Positions 1 to 7,465 of a stretch of DNA of 13,268 nucleotides are shown here, piece after piece. The DNA comes from Nitrosomonas europaea (GTDB lineage Bacteria > Pseudomonadota > Gammaproteobacteria > Burkholderiales > Nitrosomonadaceae). The number at the start of each line of letters is the position of its first letter. Position 1 is the first letter of the stretch. The stretch lies in contig NZ_FUWK01000054.1 in assembly GCF_900167395.1 (NCBI RefSeq), positions 1 through 13,268 of the forward strand, in the 5' to 3' direction. Below the pieces are notes generated by a model that was not told the DNA's origin, did no database searches, and worked only from the letters and a program-made list of their open reading frames with translations. Made by a program: the position numbers and the translations under genes.

Positions 1-305
1 CCATCAGGATGGACTTTGACTATCGTACTATCCAGCGACATGTGATCCACTTCCAGCTGTATCAGCTTGTTTTGCTGAAGCGCGAGGAAAACCCGATCCA
101 GGACGCCATTCCTGGCCCAACGGTTGGCGCGCGTGTAAATGCTGTGCCAATTGCCAAATTTCACAGGCAGACCACGCCACTTACAGCCGTGCTCTGCAAC
201 ATACAGAATCGCGTTGAGCACTTCCAAATTCGAGAGTGTGACGTTACCCCGTTGTATCGGCAGTAGATTTTCAATAAGCTTGAATTGCGATGCGGATATT
301 TCCAT
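1..305 (-). CDS. IS5-family (IS4/IS5 superfamily) transposase, N-terminal 101 codons, partial.
   Basis: Hand translation of the - strand from the ATG (complement of 303-305) gives MEISASQFKLIENLLPIQRGNVTLSNLEVLNAILYVAEHGCKWRGLPVKFGNWHSIYTRANRWARNGVLDRVFLALQQNKLIQLEVDHMSLDSTIVKVHPDG. The signature 'VLNAILYV..(T/H)GC.WR.LP..FG.W..(V/I)Y.R..RW...GV' followed by 'DST.V..H' is typical of IS5/IS427-group transposase N-termini. The frame stays open to the window edge. The 9..266 + ORF in the track is its antisense shadow. Confidence 0.8.
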   Translation of the reverse strand, partial: MEISASQFKLIENLLPIQRGNVTLSNLEVLNAILYVAEHGCKWRGLPVKFGNWHSIYTRANRWARNGVLDRVFLALQQNKLIQLEVDHMSLDSTIVKVHPD

Positions 306-340
306 TCGGTAATTCTAACAGAAATAGTGTTAACAGGCCC
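1..340 (-). mobile_element. Partial IS5-family insertion sequence. The window holds its left end and the 5' part of the transposase gene; the rest lies beyond the window start.
   Basis: The transposase ORF reads leftward out of the window. On the - strand, 5'-GGGCCTGTTAACAC-3' (about 327-340) lies 35 nt upstream of the ATG and resembles GGxxCTGT-type IS5-family terminal repeats. It is followed outside by TAAG/CTTA, which resembles a YTAR-type target. The boundary cannot be confirmed without the other end. Confidence 0.6.
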
Positions 341-430
341 TAAGTGGCTTGAATTTCGATATGGTTTGGGTGTGTGTGTCGAAGGTTAGAATACCCCGGT
401 AACCAAGCAACTCTGAAGAATTCCGAGAAA

Positions 431-467
431 TACAAACAGAAAGGGGATAATTTCTGAGAATTATCCC
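431..467 (-). terminator. Putative Rho-independent terminator downstream of cytochrome c4.
   Basis: Perfect 9-bp inverted repeat GGGATAATT (444-452) / AATTATCCC (459-467) with a 6-nt loop. On the - strand it is followed by the T-rich tract CTTTCTGTTTGTA. It lies 31 nt after the c4 stop codon. The stem is AT-rich, hence moderate confidence. Confidence 0.45.
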
Positions 468-497
468 TGCTGATATTGCATCAGGTAAGCGCAGATA

Positions 498-1133
498 TTA
501 TCTGAGTGTGGCGATATACTCAGATACAGCTTGCATTTCCTGTTCGCTCATGCGTGAAACGATTGTTTGCATGGTGTTATTTGTATCATTCTTACGCGTT
601 CCCTGCCGAAATGCTTGTAATTGAGATAAAGTATAAGCAGGGTGCTGACCATCGATTCTCGGGTAATGCGGAGGAATGCCTTGTCCATTGGGGGAATGGC
701 AGCTGGAGCATGCGGGAATGGAATTTTCCAGATTTCCACCTTGGTACAGTTTCTTCCCTGTCTCAACCAGAGAAGCATCGCTGGCGGTGCCCGGTTGGGG
801 TTTTTGTTGTGAATAGTAAGCAGCGAGATTTTCGATATCATCCTGGCTCAAAGTTGCTACCATGGGGGCCATGATCTGATTATCACGCTTGACTGTTTCG
901 CCTTCTACCACCTTGAAATCATTCAACTGTTTGGCAATGTACCCCGGGTATTGTCCGGCAAGAATAGGATAGAGGGGGATGGCACTGTTACCATCGGCAT
1001 TATGACAGCCGGCGCATATACCGGCTGCGATTTCTTTGCCCTTTTCAACATCGCCTGCAGCTGGAGATTCGGCAAACACAAAGCCGGAGAATGTGAGTGC
1101 GATTGCTGCTACAGTAGTTCCAATGAATTTCAT
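498..1133 (-). CDS. Dihaem cytochrome c4, periplasmic.
   Basis: 211 aa. N-terminal signal peptide (MKFIGTTVAAIALTFSGFVFA|ESP). Two CxxCH haem-binding motifs (CAGCH, CSSCH), each followed by a distal Met region (IMAPM; NNTMQTI). The two-domain size and layout are typical of cytochrome c4. Confidence 0.9.
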   Translation of the reverse strand: MKFIGTTVAAIALTFSGFVFAESPAAGDVEKGKEIAAGICAGCHNADGNSAIPLYPILAGQYPGYIAKQLNDFKVVEGETVKRDNQIMAPMVATLSQDDIENLAAYYSQQKPQPGTASDASLVETGKKLYQGGNLENSIPACSSCHSPNGQGIPPHYPRIDGQHPAYTLSQLQAFRQGTRKNDTNNTMQTIVSRMSEQEMQAVSEYIATLR

Positions 1134-1239
1134 GATCGTATAAGGTTGGTTTCTGATAATAAACGGTAAATATCCGTGTATTCTAACAAAATTTGCCGGC
1201 TGCAGTAAACGCTGCAGTCGCTTATCAAAAACGCACGAG

Positions 1240-1842
1240 ATGAGAAAGTTTTCTGTTTTCCTGTTGCTGGCAAATATTTTCGTTGTTTTTTATCTTCACG
1301 GCAGACCGGATGATAACCTTCCTGCACAAATAGCGTTGATTCATTCGGAGAAGATTGAGCTGTTGCCGGCTAAAGTTGCGTGTCTCAAATGGGAAAATCT
1401 GATCGGGCCAGTCGTGCAACATGTCAGAGTGGAAATCTCCAAATGGGAGTCGGGACAGGATCACATCACTGAAATTTCCAGAGGTGAAGTTACTGTTCAT
1501 TGGGTACATATTCCACCGTTACGAAACGCACGTGAGACTGCAAAACAGATCGAGCAACTGAAAAAATCGGGGATTTCCTATTTGCATATTCAGGAAAATG
1601 CAGACAGCCCGTGGCATAATGCAATTTCTCTGGCAATCCTGCCGGATGATTCCGACGTGGCAGCATTAGTTGAAGAATTGAAAGGCAAAGGGGTAGAACG
1701 TATTATGGATAGCGAACAGGTTCTGGAGCAGTTTGAGTTCGATATTCGTAATCCGACGGAACAAATCACTGAAAGCGTTCGGCAACTGGCGCAGCAGTTC
1801 CCGGAAACGAAGCTGGAAGTAACCGAATGCAGCCGCTTATAA
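1240..1842 (+). CDS. Hypothetical membrane-anchored or exported protein, possibly SPOR-like beta-alpha-beta repeats.
   Basis: 200-aa ORF with a hydrophobic N-terminus (FSVFLLLANIFVVFYLHG). The remainder shows repeated strand-helix-strand patterns, e.g. VHWVHIPPLRNARETAKQIEQLKKSGISYLHI and AISLAILPDDSDVAALVEELKGKGVERI. I recognise no catalytic motif, and the function is unknown. Confidence 0.55.
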   Translation: MRKFSVFLLLANIFVVFYLHGRPDDNLPAQIALIHSEKIELLPAKVACLKWENLIGPVVQHVRVEISKWESGQDHITEISRGEVTVHWVHIPPLRNARETAKQIEQLKKSGISYLHIQENADSPWHNAISLAILPDDSDVAALVEELKGKGVERIMDSEQVLEQFEFDIRNPTEQITESVRQLAQQFPETKLEVTECSRL

Positions 1843-1949
1843 AATAATGTGTTATCACTGAAGTCATCAGGTTTCAGTGTCTTCTCATAAAAAATCAATG
1901 GGTTGCTTATCCGGAATTTTTCGCGGATTCCTTGGAGTATTTATCATGA

Positions 1950-2774
1950 TTGTTGATGCAAGCTGGAGCAGGTGTAGTGATTCATATTAAAACAGCACCA
2001 GAAATTGAAACCATGCGTATCGCTGGCAGGCTGGCGTCCGAGGTGCTGGATTATATCGAGCCTTACGTGGTGCCCGGTGTAACGACCGGTGAGCTGGATG
2101 AGCTTTGCCATCGTTATATGGTCGATGTGCAGAAAACGATACCAGCGCCTCTGAACTATGCTCCACCCGGCTACAGCCCCTATCCGAAATCTATCTGTAC
2201 TTCTGTGAATCATCAGGTCTGTCACGGTGTTCCGGGAGATAAAAAGCTCAAGGATGGGGATGTCGTCAATCTTGATATAACCGTCATCTATGAAGGCTAC
2301 CATGGTGATACCAGCCGTATGTATTACGTTGGGGAGCCATCCATCCAGGCCAAACGGCTGTGCGAATTAACCTATGAAGCAATGTGGCGCGGAATCGAAG
2401 AAATTCGCCCGGGTAAGCATTTGGGGGATATCGGTCATGCCATTCAGCGTTTGGCAGAGGGTGCGGGCTACAGTGTCGTCAGGGAATTTTGCGGTCATGG
2501 CATCGGTGCGAAATTTCATGAAGATCCCCAGGTGTTGCACTATGGTCGTGCCGGTACGGGAATCGAGCTCAAACCCGGCATGATTTTTACCGTCGAGCCC
2601 ATGATCAATGCGGGCAAGGCTGCCATTAAACAGCTACCGGATGGCTGGACCGTGATTACCAAGGATCACAGCCTGTCTGCACAATGGGAGCACACTATTC
2701 TGGTGACAGATGAAAGCTACGAAGTGCTGACAGTTTCTTCAGGATCGCCTGCCAGGCCTGCTTATCGTTTCTGA
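1950..2774 (+). CDS. map: Type I methionine aminopeptidase.
   Basis: Canonical MetAP-I sequence: [21 protein letters not shown], and metal ligands in [30 protein letters not shown] and QWEHTI. The start is uncertain among TTG 1950, ATG 1956 and GTG 1977. GGAG lies at 1934-1937. Confidence 0.95.
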   Translation: MLMQAGAGVVIHIKTAPEIETMRIAGRLASEVLDYIEPYVVPGVTTGELDELCHRYMVDVQKTIPAPLNYAPPGYSPYPKSICTSVNHQVCHGVPGDKKLKDGDVVNLDITVIYEGYHGDTSRMYYVGEPSIQAKRLCELTYEAMWRGIEEIRPGKHLGDIGHAIQRLAEGAGYSVVREFCGHGIGAKFHEDPQVLHYGRAGTGIELKPGMIFTVEPMINAGKAAIKQLPDGWTVITKDHSLSAQWEHTILVTDESYEVLTVSSGSPARPAYRF

Positions 2775-2841
2775 ATCTGATGACATTTTTTGTCAGCAGG
2801 CCGCAATTACATACTTCCCGATTCATAAACAGGTGATCGAC

Positions 2842-3567
2842 ATGCCACGATGCAATAACCGTGCTCCTGCACAGATGCGCCCGGTCAGAATAATCCGCCA
2901 TTATGTCCGGCATGCCGAAGGCTCGGTGCTGATCGAGTACGGCGAAACCAGAGTGATTTGTACCGCCAGCGTCATCGAAAAAGTTCCCCCTTTCCTCAAA
3001 GGGGCCGGCCAGGGCTGGTTGACGGCAGAATATGGCATGCTGCCGCGTTCCACGGGTGAAAGAATGCAGCGTGAAGCTGCCAAAGGCAAACAGTCCGGGC
3101 GGACCATGGAAATCCAGCGGTTGATCGGACGGGCATTGCGTTCCATCCTGGATCTGGAGAAATTGGGTGAGCGCACGATTCAGATGGATTGTGACGTGAT
3201 CCAGGCGGATGGAGGCACTCGTACCGCCAGCATTACCGGCGCATTCGTTGCATTGTATGATGCGATCGACTATCTGCGTGCAGAACGGATGATTTCACAA
3301 AACCCGATCAGGGATCACGTTGCGGCTGTCTCGGTGGGCATACTGAAAGGTCAGCCTCTGCTGGATCTGGATTATTTGGAAGATTCCGGTTGTGATACGG
3401 ATTTGAATGTCGTTATGACGGGCAGCCTGGGGTTGGTAGAAGTACAGGGGACAGCGGAAAAGGTCGTTTTCAGTCGTCAGGAACTGGATGTCATGCTGAA
3501 TATGGCGCAACAAGGGTTGCAGGAGCTGTTTGATGTACAGCGAAAAGCACTGGAGACTGTCGCCTAA
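2842..3567 (+). CDS. rph: Ribonuclease PH.
   Basis: Matches the RNase PH pattern: [65 protein letters not shown]. The track ORF starts at GTG 2833; ATG 2842 (MPRCNN...) is the more likely start. Confidence 0.94.
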   Translation: MPRCNNRAPAQMRPVRIIRHYVRHAEGSVLIEYGETRVICTASVIEKVPPFLKGAGQGWLTAEYGMLPRSTGERMQREAAKGKQSGRTMEIQRLIGRALRSILDLEKLGERTIQMDCDVIQADGGTRTASITGAFVALYDAIDYLRAERMISQNPIRDHVAAVSVGILKGQPLLDLDYLEDSGCDTDLNVVMTGSLGLVEVQGTAEKVVFSRQELDVMLNMAQQGLQELFDVQRKALETVA

Positions 3568-3592
3568 GATAGATAATGAAAGCAAATGGAAA

Positions 3593-4216
3593 ATGGAACC
3601 ACCCTTGAACAAAATCGTCATCGCCAGCAACAATGCGGGAAAGCTTGCTGAAATCAGTAGGCTATTGGCTCCGTTGGGCATCGAAGTGGTGACGCAGTCA
3701 TCACTCGGGGTAACAGAAGCAGATGAACCTCACATGACTTTCGTTGAGAATGCACTGGCCAAGGCGCGGCACGCGAGTCTGGCAACCGGCCTGCCCGCGC
3801 TGGCAGACGATTCCGGAATATGCGTCAGCGCTCTGAGAGGGGATCCCGGTGTATTTTCTGCCCGTTATGCAGGAGAACCCCGCTCGGACGAGCGCAACAA
3901 TCGCAAGCTGGTCGAGGCACTGCATGGTCAATCTGACCGTCGGGCTTATTATTACTGTGTGATCGTCCTGTTGCGTCATGGGCAGGATCCGCAGCCTGTC
4001 ATCATCGAAGATACCTGGCGCGGAGAAATCATTGCTGAACCGATCGGTCAGGGCGGGTTCGGCTATGACCCGCATTTTTTTCTTCCGGAGCTGGGCAAGA
4101 CAGCTGCCGAGCTTTCCATAGAGGAGAAGAACAGGATCAGTCACCGTGGCAAAGCACTCGCCAGGCTGGTACAGATGCTGTCGGAGAATGAGACAGTGCC
4201 GGTTGTGCCGGTATAA
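3593..4216 (+). CDS. rdgB: dITP/XTP pyrophosphatase (Ham1/RdgB family).
   Basis: IVIASNNAGKLAEI, EADEPHMTFVENALAKARHAS, LADDSGICVSALRGDPGVFSARY, GGFGYDPHF and SHRGKAL are RdgB hallmarks. The likely start is ATG 3593 (MEPPLNKIVIAS), after the rph stop at 3565-3567. The track's start at 3530 overlaps rph and adds non-homologous residues. rph-rdgB-hemW is a conserved gene order. Confidence 0.93.
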   Translation: MEPPLNKIVIASNNAGKLAEISRLLAPLGIEVVTQSSLGVTEADEPHMTFVENALAKARHASLATGLPALADDSGICVSALRGDPGVFSARYAGEPRSDERNNRKLVEALHGQSDRRAYYYCVIVLLRHGQDPQPVIIEDTWRGEIIAEPIGQGGFGYDPHFFLPELGKTAAELSIEEKNRISHRGKALARLVQMLSENETVPVVPV

Positions 4217-4252
4217 CGTATTTACGGCCATGTGGTCGGCTTGAAGAAAGAT

Positions 4253-5452
4253 ATGCCAGTTTTATCCGTGCCGGATTCAAAATCCCCTCATCTGGCCGAA
4301 CTGCCTCCTCTGGGGTTGTATATTCATTTGCCCTGGTGTGTCAGAAAATGTCCTTATTGTGATTTCAATTCACACGCAATCAATTCCGGTGGCGATCTTC
4401 CGGAATCCGAATATGTAACGGCGCTCAAACGCGATCTGGAGCTTGCGCTGCCGCTGATCTGGGGACGTCCGGTGACCAGCGTATTTTTCGGAGGTGGAAC
4501 GCCGAGTCTGTTCAGTGCAACCGCTATTGATGCGATTCTTTCTCATGTGCGTATGCTACTGCCCCTTGCTCCCGGTGTTGAAATCACACTGGAAGCCAAT
4601 CCGGGAACGCTGGAGGCACAGAAGTTCACGGATTTTCATTCTGCTGGCATCAACCGGCTATCCATCGGTATTCAAAGCTTCAATTCCCGGCATCTGCAAG
4701 CACTGGGCCGCATCCACGATGGTGCCGAGGCATTGCGTGCAGCTGAGCTGGCGCTGCAGCATTTTAGTAATGTCAATCTGGACCTGATGTATGCGCTGCC
4801 GGGGCAGACCCGGGACGAAGCGTTGCAGGATATTGAAACGGCTTGCAACCGGGGAGTGGCACATATTTCTGCTTACCATCTGACCATCGAGCCCAATACT
4901 CCATTTTATCGCTATCCGCCGCAATTGCCGGATGAAGATACATCAGCCGATATGCAGGTCATGATCGAGCACATTCTGGCGGAACGAGGCTACCGGCATT
5001 ACGAGACTTCTGCGTTTGCCCAACCGGGGAAGCCATGTCTCCACAATATGAATTACTGGCAGTATGGGGACTATCTGGGAATCGGAGCGGGTGCCCACAG
5101 CAAAATCAGCTTTCGTGACAGAATCATCCGGCAGATGCGCCATAAACATCCCCGGCAATATCTGGAGCAGGCCATGGCTGGAAATGCCTGTCTTGAGAAT
5201 CTGCTTGCCACGGAGCAGGAAGTAGGGCCGCAGGACCGAATTTTTGAATTCATGATGAATGCGCTGCGGCTGACGGAGGGTTTTGACCCCGGATTGTTTC
5301 ATACCCGTACCGGGTTGACGATTGCATCGATCCAGAAGTCGCTTGCCGAAGCCGAGCAGCGCGGGCTGATCGAATGGCAACACGATTGCATCCGACCGAC
5401 ACCTGAGGGAAGACGATTTCTGAACGATCTGCTGGAGATCTTTTTATCGTAA
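4253..5452 (+). CDS. hemW: Radical-SAM HemN-like protein (haem chaperone HemW / YggW family).
   Basis: LYIHLPWCVRKCPYCDFNSH carries the CxxxCxxC radical-SAM cluster motif. It is followed by FFGGGTPS, NRLSIGIQSF, YHLTIEPNTPF and NYWQYGDYLGIGAGAHSK. The position after rdgB is conserved. The start is either ATG 4253 or GTG 4232. Confidence 0.9.
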   Translation: MPVLSVPDSKSPHLAELPPLGLYIHLPWCVRKCPYCDFNSHAINSGGDLPESEYVTALKRDLELALPLIWGRPVTSVFFGGGTPSLFSATAIDAILSHVRMLLPLAPGVEITLEANPGTLEAQKFTDFHSAGINRLSIGIQSFNSRHLQALGRIHDGAEALRAAELALQHFSNVNLDLMYALPGQTRDEALQDIETACNRGVAHISAYHLTIEPNTPFYRYPPQLPDEDTSADMQVMIEHILAERGYRHYETSAFAQPGKPCLHNMNYWQYGDYLGIGAGAHSKISFRDRIIRQMRHKHPRQYLEQAMAGNACLENLLATEQEVGPQDRIFEFMMNALRLTEGFDPGLFHTRTGLTIASIQKSLAEAEQRGLIEWQHDCIRPTPEGRRFLNDLLEIFLS

Positions 5453-5458
5453 CCCAGG

Positions 5459-5505
5459 CAGCTAACATTCTTCAGAAGAACTTCTGATTGATCGCTGGTT
5501 TTTTT
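5459..5505 (+). terminator. Possible terminator after hemW; non-canonical structure.
   Basis: Inner hairpin TCAGAAG (5472-5478) / CTTCTGA (5481-5487). It is enclosed by CAGC (5459-5462) / GCTG (5494-5497) and followed by a T7 run (5499-5505). The T-run is not directly adjacent to the strong inner stem, so confidence is low. Confidence 0.3.
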
Positions 5506-5560
5506 GTAGGGAAGGAGAAAGACAACATGTATGCCACTCCTTTTCTCTACCCGAAAATTC

Positions 5561-5582
5561 CTCATGTGGGCAAATACATGAG
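5561..5582 (+). promoter_or_regulatory. Perfect 7-N8-7 palindrome, a candidate operator upstream of copA.
   Basis: CTCATGT-GGGCAAAT-ACATGAG lies 42-63 nt upstream of the copA ATG. A third copy of the ACATGT core is at 5525-5530. I recognise no regulator for this site. Confidence 0.3.
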
Positions 5583-5623
5583 TTGCTTTAGCCGGGTTTG
5601 AAATAAGGGGAGACGAATCAGGA

Positions 5624-7465
5624 ATGAATGACCCGATTTCAAGGCGTGCTTTTCTGAAAAGATCAGGTGCACTGGGAACATTTGCTGCGCTGGACTGGAT
5701 GTTGCCGATCTATGCCAGATCTGATTCCTTGAGTGTAGTTACTCCGACTACGCAGTTGAGTGGAGATGTGATCAATCTCACTATTGCCAGAACTCCGTTC
5801 CGCATCGACGATCACATTGCAACTGCCACAACCATCAATGGTACGGTTCCAGGACCTTTGCTTCATCTGCGCGAAGGGCAGGACATTACCCTGAATGTTA
5901 CCAATCACCTGGACGAGACTTCTTCGATACATTGGCACGGAATACTCCTGCCGCCTGAAATGGATGGTGTGCCCGGCATCAGTTTTCCAGGCATCGAGCC
6001 GGGAGCGACCTTTTCTTACCGTTTCACGATCAGGCAGTACGGCACGTACTGGTTTCACAGTCATTCGGGAGGCCAGGAGCAGGCGGGCGTGTATGCGCCG
6101 ATGATTATTGATCCAATTGAGCCGGATCCGGTCAAGTATGATCGCGAATATGTGATCATGCTTTCTGACTGGAGCTTTTCTTCAGTGGACTCAATGATCG
6201 AAAAGCTCAAAAAGCAACCCGGCTACTTCAATTTTCAGAAACGTACGCTGGGTGATTTTATCCAGGATGCGATGCGGGATGGCTGGCGCCCGGCACTTGA
6301 TGATTACCTGATGTGGGCCCGAATGCGAATGGATCCGACGGATCTGGCAGATGTAACCGGCCATGCCTATACCTATCTCATGAATGGATTGACTCCGGCA
6401 GCAAACTGGACGGGGCTGTTTCATCCGGGTGAACGCATACGATTACGTTTCATTCAGGTAGGGGTGATGACTTTCCAGGACATCCGTATTCCTGGACTCG
6501 GGATGACCGTAGTGCAAGCAGATGGACAGAATGTACAACCTGTTGAAGTGGATGAATTTCGTATCGGCCCGGCTGAAACCTACGATGTCATCGTTGAACC
6601 TAAAGAAGAGCGCGCTTACACGATCTTTGCAGAGACACTGGACCGCAGCGGTTTTGCACGCGGTACGCTCGCGCCGCGTCCCGGGATGGCCGCAGAGGTT
6701 CCATCGCGACGCCCTCGCTCACTACGCACCATGGCAGATATGGGTATGCAACACATGAGCGGCGTGGATCATGGCAATCACGCGCCTGGCAATGCAACCA
6801 TGGGTGAGCCGGAAGAAGGTACGCAGCATGACACACCAGATAGGCATGGAGAACACGCGAAGGAGGGTATTCATGGCAGGCATGACAGACATGCCCAACC
6901 CGGGTTCCCCGATAGCAGGCCGGTCAGGCATGGTACTGACGATCATGGATCCGGGAATCAGTTCATTCCGGATTTCACGCAGAGCCGTATGGATGAACCG
7001 GGTATCGGACTGGGAAATGATGGCCGCCGGGTACTGGTCTACACTGACTTGAAGAGTCTCAAACCCTATCCCGACCAGCGCGAGCCGGAGCGTGAGCTCG
7101 AAATTCATCTCACTGGTCATATGGAACGCTTCATATGGTCGTTCGATGGTGAGAAATACTCGGATGCGAAAGAGTCGATCCTTTTTCGTCACGGGGAGCG
7201 GCTGCGCTGGATTTTTGTCAACGATACGATGATGGAGCACACGATGCATCTGCATGGTACGTGGATGTATCTGGAAAATGGCGCTGGCGCGTACCTCCCG
7301 CGCAAGCACACAGTGCTTGTCAAGCCCGCTGAGCGTGTTTCTGTTGCCATTACTGCGGATGCGCCTGGCCCGTGGGCCTTCCATTGTCACTTGCTCTTGC
7401 ATATGGAAACAGGGATGTTCCGTGTGGTCGAGATTCTGGATGCAGCTCCCGGGACAGAATCATGA
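5624..7465 (+). CDS. copA: Copper-resistance multicopper oxidase CopA/PcoA, Tat-exported.
   Basis: Twin-arginine signal (SRRAFLKRSGALG). All four MCO copper-ligand motifs are present: HWHG, WFHSH, HTMHLHG and HCHLLLHMETGM. A His/Met-rich insert spans residues 370-442. copB follows immediately. Confidence 0.93.
   Translation: MNDPISRRAFLKRSGALGTFAALDWMLPIYARSDSLSVVTPTTQLSGDVINLTIARTPFRIDDHIATATTINGTVPGPLLHLREGQDITLNVTNHLDETSSIHWHGILLPPEMDGVPGISFPGIEPGATFSYRFTIRQYGTYWFHSHSGGQEQAGVYAPMIIDPIEPDPVKYDREYVIMLSDWSFSSVDSMIEKLKKQPGYFNFQKRTLGDFIQDAMRDGWRPALDDYLMWARMRMDPTDLADVTGHAYTYLMNGLTPAANWTGLFHPGERIRLRFIQVGVMTFQDIRIPGLGMTVVQADGQNVQPVEVDEFRIGPAETYDVIVEPKEERAYTIFAETLDRSGFARGTLAPRPGMAAEVPSRRPRSLRTMADMGMQHMSGVDHGNHAPGNATMGEPEEGTQHDTPDRHGEHAKEGIHGRHDRHAQPGFPDSRPVRHGTDDHGSGNQFIPDFTQSRMDEPGIGLGNDGRRVLVYTDLKSLKPYPDQREPERELEIHLTGHMERFIWSFDGEKYSDAKESILFRHGERLRWIFVNDTMMEHTMHLHGTWMYLENGAGAYLPRKHTVLVKPAERVSVAITADAPGPWAFHCHLLLHMETGMFRVVEILDAAPGTES

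Noticed and set aside
9-266. 85-aa + strand ORF at the left edge.
   Set aside because: It is the antisense shadow of the clearly recognisable IS5-family transposase N-terminus on the - strand (1-305), and it has no motifs of its own.
369-380. (GT)5 microsatellite-like run, GGTGTGTGTGTC.
   Set aside because: It is too short to count as a meaningful repeat or phase-variation tract, and it lies in non-coding DNA between the IS end and the c4 terminator.
1199-1220. CTGCAG-N6-CTGCAG repeat in the cytochrome c4 / hypothetical divergent promoter region.
   Set aside because: It is only two 6-bp self-complementary sites with no extension of pairing. That is compatible with chance, and I can recall no regulator motif matching it.
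3701-4231. 176-aa - strand ORF opposite rdgB, and 146-aa/88-aa - strand ORFs opposite hemW (4943-5383, 4658-4924).
   Set aside because: They are antisense to well-supported conserved genes and have no family signature.
6722-7402. 226-aa - strand ORF inside copA, plus other antisense ORFs in copA/copB (5663-6064, 6600-6836, 7546-7911).
   Set aside because: These lie opposite a gene with all four multicopper-oxidase ligand motifs intact. The products are Arg/His/Pro-rich and low-complexity, with no recognisable domain or RBS. They are typical shadow ORFs.
7372-7461. Upstream extension of the copB ORF (start at 7372).
   Set aside because: The extension lies entirely within copA in another frame. 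ATG 7462 gives a signal-peptide-like N-terminus and the classic ATGA stop/start overlap with copA.
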